Made by a program: the position numbers and the translations under genes. A DNA stretch of 64,000 nucleotides from NCBI GenBank assembly GCA_951406725.2, contig OX597825.1:682001-746000 (forward strand), read 5' to 3'. Origin of the DNA: Octopus vulgaris (Eukaryota). This document shows, in pieces, positions 58,296 to 64,000 of this stretch (positions are counted from its first letter, which is position 1; each line of letters opens with the position of its first letter). The notes below the pieces were generated by a model. The model made no database searches. It was not told the DNA's origin and saw nothing but the letters and a program-made list of their open reading frames with translations.

Positions 58296-58616
58296 AAGAA
58301 CTTTTTGTAAAAGTTCCTACTGATAATATATTTCCATACCAAAAACTACTCGCTAATAATTGTTGATTTTAAAATTAATAATTATTTACCCTTATATTAT
58401 TAATAATAAAATTTTTCACTCCCTTATGACAAATCACAGTTCTCTTTCTGAGGAACTATTTTTGTAACACACATGGTAATTTGGGAGGGAAAATACAAAT
58501 TCATTTGTCTCTATGGATTTGGTTTGTGCTGACTATCTTCTGCTATATCTGGTGGCACGAGATCGGGATACAAGAGGTAGGTAAATAGCTTTTGCAAATC
58601 TATAATCTAATGGAAT

Positions 58617-58671
58617 GCTGTGCTGAAGACGGGAATGAGTTATAATTCTAACCCAGAAATGCATCCGTAAC
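58617..58671 (+). ncRNA. Degenerate type I hammerhead ribozyme motif (PLE type)
   Basis: CTGAAGA-cggg..ccca-GAAA-tgca-TC^cg, consistent with a CpG-decayed GAAACGCGTC. Confidence 0.5.
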
Positions 58672-58850
58672 TGACCGAAGACTTTGTTTTCGTTATTTTT
58701 CCTTCTTTTTACATATGTGAGTTACATGTATATGTTATATGTGGAGTTATATTTGTAGAAAATAGAAATAAGCAGTTTTTGACTGCTATTTCTACATTTT
58801 CGGTATGTGGTTACCCTTTTTATATATATATAAATAAAAACATATACATA

Positions 58851-59420
58851 CAAGGTATGATGGGTAAATTGTTGCTATTTTATATTTTTGACTTTGTGCA
58901 TGCGCATTGTTTGTTTTTGATATATTGTCGACTACACAGTATAGTAGGGTCAGTTGGGCACCGTCTGTGAGAAAAACAACACCATGACACAATTCATTCT
59001 GCCAGAAATTTGGAAATGGCATGCTGTAGTGCTTGGCATATGTGCTGGAAGCTCCACTATGAACATTTCAGAGTGTTTGGGTGTCAATCTGAGGACAATG
59101 CAGAGGATTCGGAAAGAGTTAGATGAGTCTAATGGTGATTATGAAGGTACAGCAGCTCAGAAAACTCACTCTGATCGTTCTGATAATAAAAGAACTCCTG
59201 AATTTGTTGGTGGGACCCAGGCCATGATTGATAATGATCCCTCCAAGTTAATCAGGTCCATTGCCAGGGACATGGGAGTGTCTGAGTTTCTTGCCAGGCA
59301 GGTAGTGTATGAAGACATTTGGTATTTCTAATAGATGAGAAAAGGGCCAATTTTTATCCCAAGCCTTTAAGGACAAGAGGAAAGACCATGCTATGAAGCT
59401 TTTGAATAGACACAAGCTCA
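58851..59420 (+). mobile_element. DD37D (maT-type) transposon 5' part with left TIR
   Basis: TA|caaggtatgatgggtaaattgttg. ORF 58954..59331 KRTPEFV..IDNDPSKLIRSIARDMGVSE. Confidence 0.8.
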
Positions 59421-59588
59421 GTGAAAATTTGGGATCACCCTATAACACTTTAACTTCTTACAACCAGCAAAGTGTAAACTAAGAAGTAAAACAATGAAAG
59501 TGGAAATACAAAAAGCAAACAAGTCAGATATTGGTTGGAGAATTATATTTGGCTTATTCAGAAATTGGTTGACAAGCAGTAAGAATAA

Positions 59589-59837
59589 TTAACATTTTTT
59601 GAACTCCTTTAATCGTTTCGTAGTCCCATTATTCTGTCAAATGTCTTGCTTATTTATTCACATTGATTTGAATCAATCATGCATTATCTTATGGCTTCAA
59701 GATTTCAATGATGTGGTTGTTTATTTTTACAATGAGATTGTTAGGCAGGTGCAAGCAGCCAGATCCGGTCAATCTGAACATAAAACAAATTGAATATTTT
59801 GGGCCGGATGTGGTCAGTTTAAATGCTAAAGGGTTAA
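59589..59837. mobile_element. piggyBac-type MITE
   Basis: Right end aaatgctaaaggg|TTAA; degenerate left end TTAA|cattttt. Confidence 0.55.
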
Positions 59838-60119
59838 ACTTTACACATTTTACATTCTGGATGTGCTTCTGGAACTAGAATCCTGCAACTTCATAAGGGC
59901 TTAAGACATTTAGGAAAATCATAATACATATATACAGACATGTTGTATGTGTATACACACATGCACACACACATACACGACCCATTGATGAAGCAAAGTA
60001 TATTTTGTTGGACTAATGATTATGGATTAAATATTTTACTCTCTCTCAGACTTATCTATGTGTACTTTGCTCTAAGCGACAGGACATAATTTCATTTTGA
60101 ACTTGTCACCCTCTGGAAT

Positions 60120-60805
60120 AATTAATACATGCAGATTATGTCATTTTTCAGTGGAAGACATTACACATGTGATTAACAACTGCACAAGAATGCCATCAAG
60201 GTATTACCACCCTATGCGATATGACCCTAACACATAAACAATATACCATGAATTCCAGAAAAAAGACTGTCCTGGAATAAATGTAGAGAACCCCCTTATT
60301 ATTGAACATGTACACAAACATCAACAGAAAGAAAACTGGTGGAACATTCCCATCAAAACATCTGTAAGCATAACAGGCTGGATATTGTTGTTTGGGGATA
60401 GACAAGGACAAATATATGCCATCAGAGGCTGTGATGTTGATATGAAAATCTCTTTGAAAATAAAAGAGAAAGAGGATAACTATGGAGGACTGCTTCGAAA
60501 CGTCCAGCTTTTATATCCAGATTACAAATTTACATTTGCAATGATAATAATTGGTGCACTTGGTTATGTAAGTAAATGCCTAACTGAAAGTCTGGATAAG
60601 TTTGGGTTTTCAGAAGAAGGAAACAACCAACTCACTCACATATTACAAATACAGTCTGTAAGTGGAACAGTAAAAATGTGCAAGATTTTTCTTAAGTTTA
60701 AAATGTGACATTGTTTTTGTTATTTACATTCTAACGATGGAGCTTTGTATCTTTGTTAGAAACCAGCTCTTTCCTCAGAGAAAGACTTTAAATAATTAAA
60801 AACAG
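60120..60805 (+). mobile_element. Restriction-like-endonuclease LINE 3' end
   Basis: EDITHVINNC..MRYD; WWNIPIKT; DIVVW; KEKEDNYGGLLRN..IIIGALGYV..SGTVKMCKIFL. Confidence 0.78.
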
Positions 60806-60895
60806 AAGAGAACACACCTATATAATTATATGCATAGATACATATATAATTGATCAAATTCAAGTGAATTGAGAGGCAGAATCTATTTATTCCAT

Positions 60896-61062
60896 ATGTT
60901 TACAACTGTTTCGTCATCCCTATTTAATTACATTGTCAATGCTAAAGTGCCTTACACACACAGAAGTATACATGTAGATGTACACATGTGTGGTTAGATA
61001 AGTATACATGTAGATGTACACATGTGTGGTTAGATAATGCGCAGGATTATTCTTCAGAACAT
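60896..61062 (-). ncRNA. Type I hammerhead ribozyme motif with long stem II loop (PLE type)
   Basis: Minus strand: atgtt-CTGAAGA-ataatcct..gggatgac-GAAAC-agtt-GTA^aacat, then AATAAA. Confidence 0.62.
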
Positions 61063-61725
61063 CTTTGGGTATTAAACATTTAACTTTGTCGAAGAAAGTT
61101 GGGTCAACTCAATTTATACCATTGACATGATAGAGAAAAGAGAAACATTTCTCATTCGTAGCATGTCCATTTAGATTTCAGAAATACATATGAGAACATT
61201 TTAACTTGAGGTAAAGGAAATGAAAATAAATAAAATAAACCAAAATAAAGTAACCGTAATTAATCAACCACTTGCTGACCAGATTTAGCCAGAAAATACC
61301 CCCACAAAGGGATAGGGAGTACAAAAAGGATAGGTCTTATGCACATATATACACAGATATACGCATACATGTACATACACACACACACACACACTGTATA
61401 TATTAATGTAGATAGGTACAGGCATAGCTGAGAACCTTTCTTCTCCTCAATGAAATTTACTTCTATAGCCCTGGACCTACCAATGCCTACTGAGTAGGTT
61501 TGGTTGAAGGAAACTGAAAGAAGCTCATCATATATCATCATCATTTAGTGTCTGTTTTCCATGCTGGCATTGGTTAGACAGTTTGACTAGAACTGGTAAG
61601 CAGGAATATGGAAGGAGGCTCCAGTCTGGTATGGGTTGGTTTCTATGGCTGGATACCCTTCATAACACCAACCACTCCAAGCATATAATGGGTGCCATGA
61701 CTATCATTTCACTACACACACACAC

Positions 61726-61768
<43 letters not shown>

Positions 61769-61772
61769 TACA

Positions 61773-62500
61773 CTAGCTGACATACCCGGTAATTCCGAGG
61801 AAAGCGGGGCTTATCCCTTGGTTTCGTTTTCATAATTGTTTTACCAATCCAATAACAACAATACAAAGTATGTAGCCCTTAAAACAGTTTCTGTGCATTT
61901 ACAGAGAATGCTGAACTGTCTTACACAGGATCTTGTTTTTAGGAATTCCCAATAAGTTATGAATGCCCAAATTGTGAAGTCAGTTATGTAATAACATTGA
62001 AATTAGTTACCCAATAGTAAGAATTCCAAAAGTAGCGCTGAAAAAGGCTTTAATGCATTTCCAGGGTATATAGAACATAGGAGGAAATACTAGTAAGGTA
62101 TGTATACTAAAATTGTGAAGCATGTTATGTAATAACAGGCCAATCAGGTATGAGATAATAACAATTCAAAGTAAATAACTCTGAAAAGGGCTTTTGTGTG
62201 TTACCAGAGAATATTACCCTCAGGGGCGCTAGTGTTGGTATATTCGTGAATAAGTCACTAATCAAAATAAGTGGATCTATTGTTTAGGAAAATACTATTT
62301 ATTTGTTTAAGGGTTGTACTAGATAAATTGCAAAAATAACTCTAACAGTTCAAATACTAAGAAATAAGCATACAATTTCATTTTTACCAAATAATTTAGG
62401 AAAATGAATGGGTTAGTTCCCTTGGCTATATATAAGGATCTCTTCCAGGGGCCCTGGAAATTGAGCTCAAATAAGTGGATTAGAGCTTCATCACTCTTAG
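61773..62500 (-). mobile_element. Non-autonomous Helitron-like element: 3' CTAG end, subterminal hairpin and internal diverged ~140 bp repeats
   Basis: Minus strand cctcggaattaccggg-tatgtcag-CTAG|T. aattgtgaag..gttatgtaataaca recurs at ~61971 and ~62111. The 5' boundary is uncertain. Confidence 0.55.
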
Positions 62501-63169
62501 CAATAAAAGTTGATGACGAAATCTGTGACTTAATCTGTTGTTAAGATAATTAACAGAGATATAAATGCAACATTAAAAATGTATTTAATAAAAAAGCTCA
62601 AAGACACTGTATGGGATCTGGAAAATAATGATGAAACTGCAATATTTGATTGTGATGAGAAAAATCTGTGTTATTTTGAACTAAACTAAACAATCTATTA
62701 TGTGGCAACAGCCATGTTGCTTTACTATTCCTGTAGGAATCACCAACCCCACCGGGAAAGACTATTATTTTAGCATTCAAAGGTAACTTTGGATAAAGTG
62801 AAGCTTGAGAATAAATAAGTGTGGTGCTAATGGATGCAGAAATAGTTTTTGCCAATATTGTGGTGCTAATAATACAAGAAACAGTAAAAACTAAACATCA
62901 ACATTGCAAAAAACAAATATTCTAAATGGCTTTGTTTCTTACAGAAAATACTGCAATGTGTAGCAATGAATTTATTTTTGCCGATTCCATCACTAAACCA
63001 CTCTAGTAATGTATAAACACAAGCTTTTTATACAAAGATCTGTCAACTCAACTTTGGCAAAGTCGAATTTTTCAGACCTAAATTTACAGCGAAGAAAGAT
63101 AGGTCAACTTATACACCAAGACAACTTTGGAAGACAACAAATTTCATGTGAAAGGCAGCAGGATTTGGG

Positions 63170-63751
63170 AAGATAGTGATGCTGTTTGGGGTGATCGCTA
63201 GGGATTGTGACGTTATGCATCTATTCATCTTCCCACACTGCCTCAAACTCAATACAGAGGCATACATCAAGTGCCTGGAGGTAGCAATGCTGCCCTAGGT
63301 CAAGAGGGTGGTTGCTGGATGACACTATATCTGGCAACAGGACTCTGCACCATGCCACACAACCAGGAGAACCCAGTCATGGCTGTCAGAAAATTTCTGC
63401 GACCACGTCACCCCTAACATCTGGTCACCTAACTCCCCAAACTGCAACCCCCTTGATTATTATATGTGGGGCACCAACACAACTCCTTGCAACATCAAAG
63501 ATGAACTGAAGGCAAGGATTATGACAGCATTGACCAACTTAAACAAGGAGACCTTCCAGAAGAGTTTCAAGAGATTCCAAAGTCGTCTGAAGGCCATGTT
63601 TGAAGCCAATGGCGATTTTATTGAATAAATTTACTGTTTAGTATTTCAAGATATTTTAATGTAATTTTGGTAAATATATCTGTTAAAATTAGATGTCAGT
63701 GTTATCTTCATTTTTGTGTAATTCAGACAATAATTTATTCACTGCACCCTG
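63170..63751 (+). mobile_element. DD37D (maT-type) transposon 3' part with right TIR
   Basis: WQQDSAPCH..WSPNSPNCNPLDY has exactly 37 residues between the two D; ends FEANGDFIE*. TIR aataatttattcactgcaccctg|TA. Confidence 0.88.
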
Positions 63752-64000
63752 TATGTATGTATATATATCATCATCATCATCATCATTTAGCATCCCCTTT
63801 CCATGCTGGCATGGGTTGGGTTCTGATACAATTCTTGCATTCAAACTTCTTGAACATCAAGGGTTAATTTGACCTGACACAAATAGCAATTGATTTCCCT
63901 TCAAAATGTACCCTATCATCTTTGAAAAAAGATAGGATGTTCAGGGCTGGAACACTTTTGAACAAAGCTTGCTCAGTCAGGATTGATCTGGGGCTAAGCA

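Noticed and set aside
62598-62855. Possible host exon (85 aa minus-strand ORF)
   Set aside because: No recognisable domain, no convincing splice pair and no neighbouring exons.

Overview
AT-rich, repeat-saturated animal genomic DNA with no recognisable host exon. The SINE families, the (ATG)n-tailed RTE 3' ends and the very long (TA/TG)n tracts look like Octopus; this is an inference from pattern recognition, not a database result. The main structure is a ~24 kb cluster (about 9.6-33.7 kb, with a smaller one at 40.0-44.0 kb) of mostly young retroelement copies, nearly all bounded by alternating purine-pyrimidine TA-type microsatellite. It holds several CR1/L2-group (APE+RT) LINE copies, RTE 3' ends, a tRNA-SINE and Penelope-like (PLE) pieces. 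One LINE (19795-24652, minus strand) looks full length and has an unusual ORF1: Myb/SANT-like N-terminus, polyQ and two CCCH zinc fingers. Six LINE ends and the SINE share a 3' motif with a co-varying hairpin but different tail repeats. Four fold-back palindromes occur, one carrying two mirror-image hammerhead-ribozyme cores, and three more degenerate hammerheads lie elsewhere. The flanks hold older Tc1 (DD34E), mariner, DD37D, hAT- and piggyBac-type MITEs, Helitron ends, REL-endonuclease LINEs, RTE and PLE relics. The long YIYICMYV-type ORFs are microsatellite artefacts. All alignments and counts were done by eye, and element boundaries are approximate.
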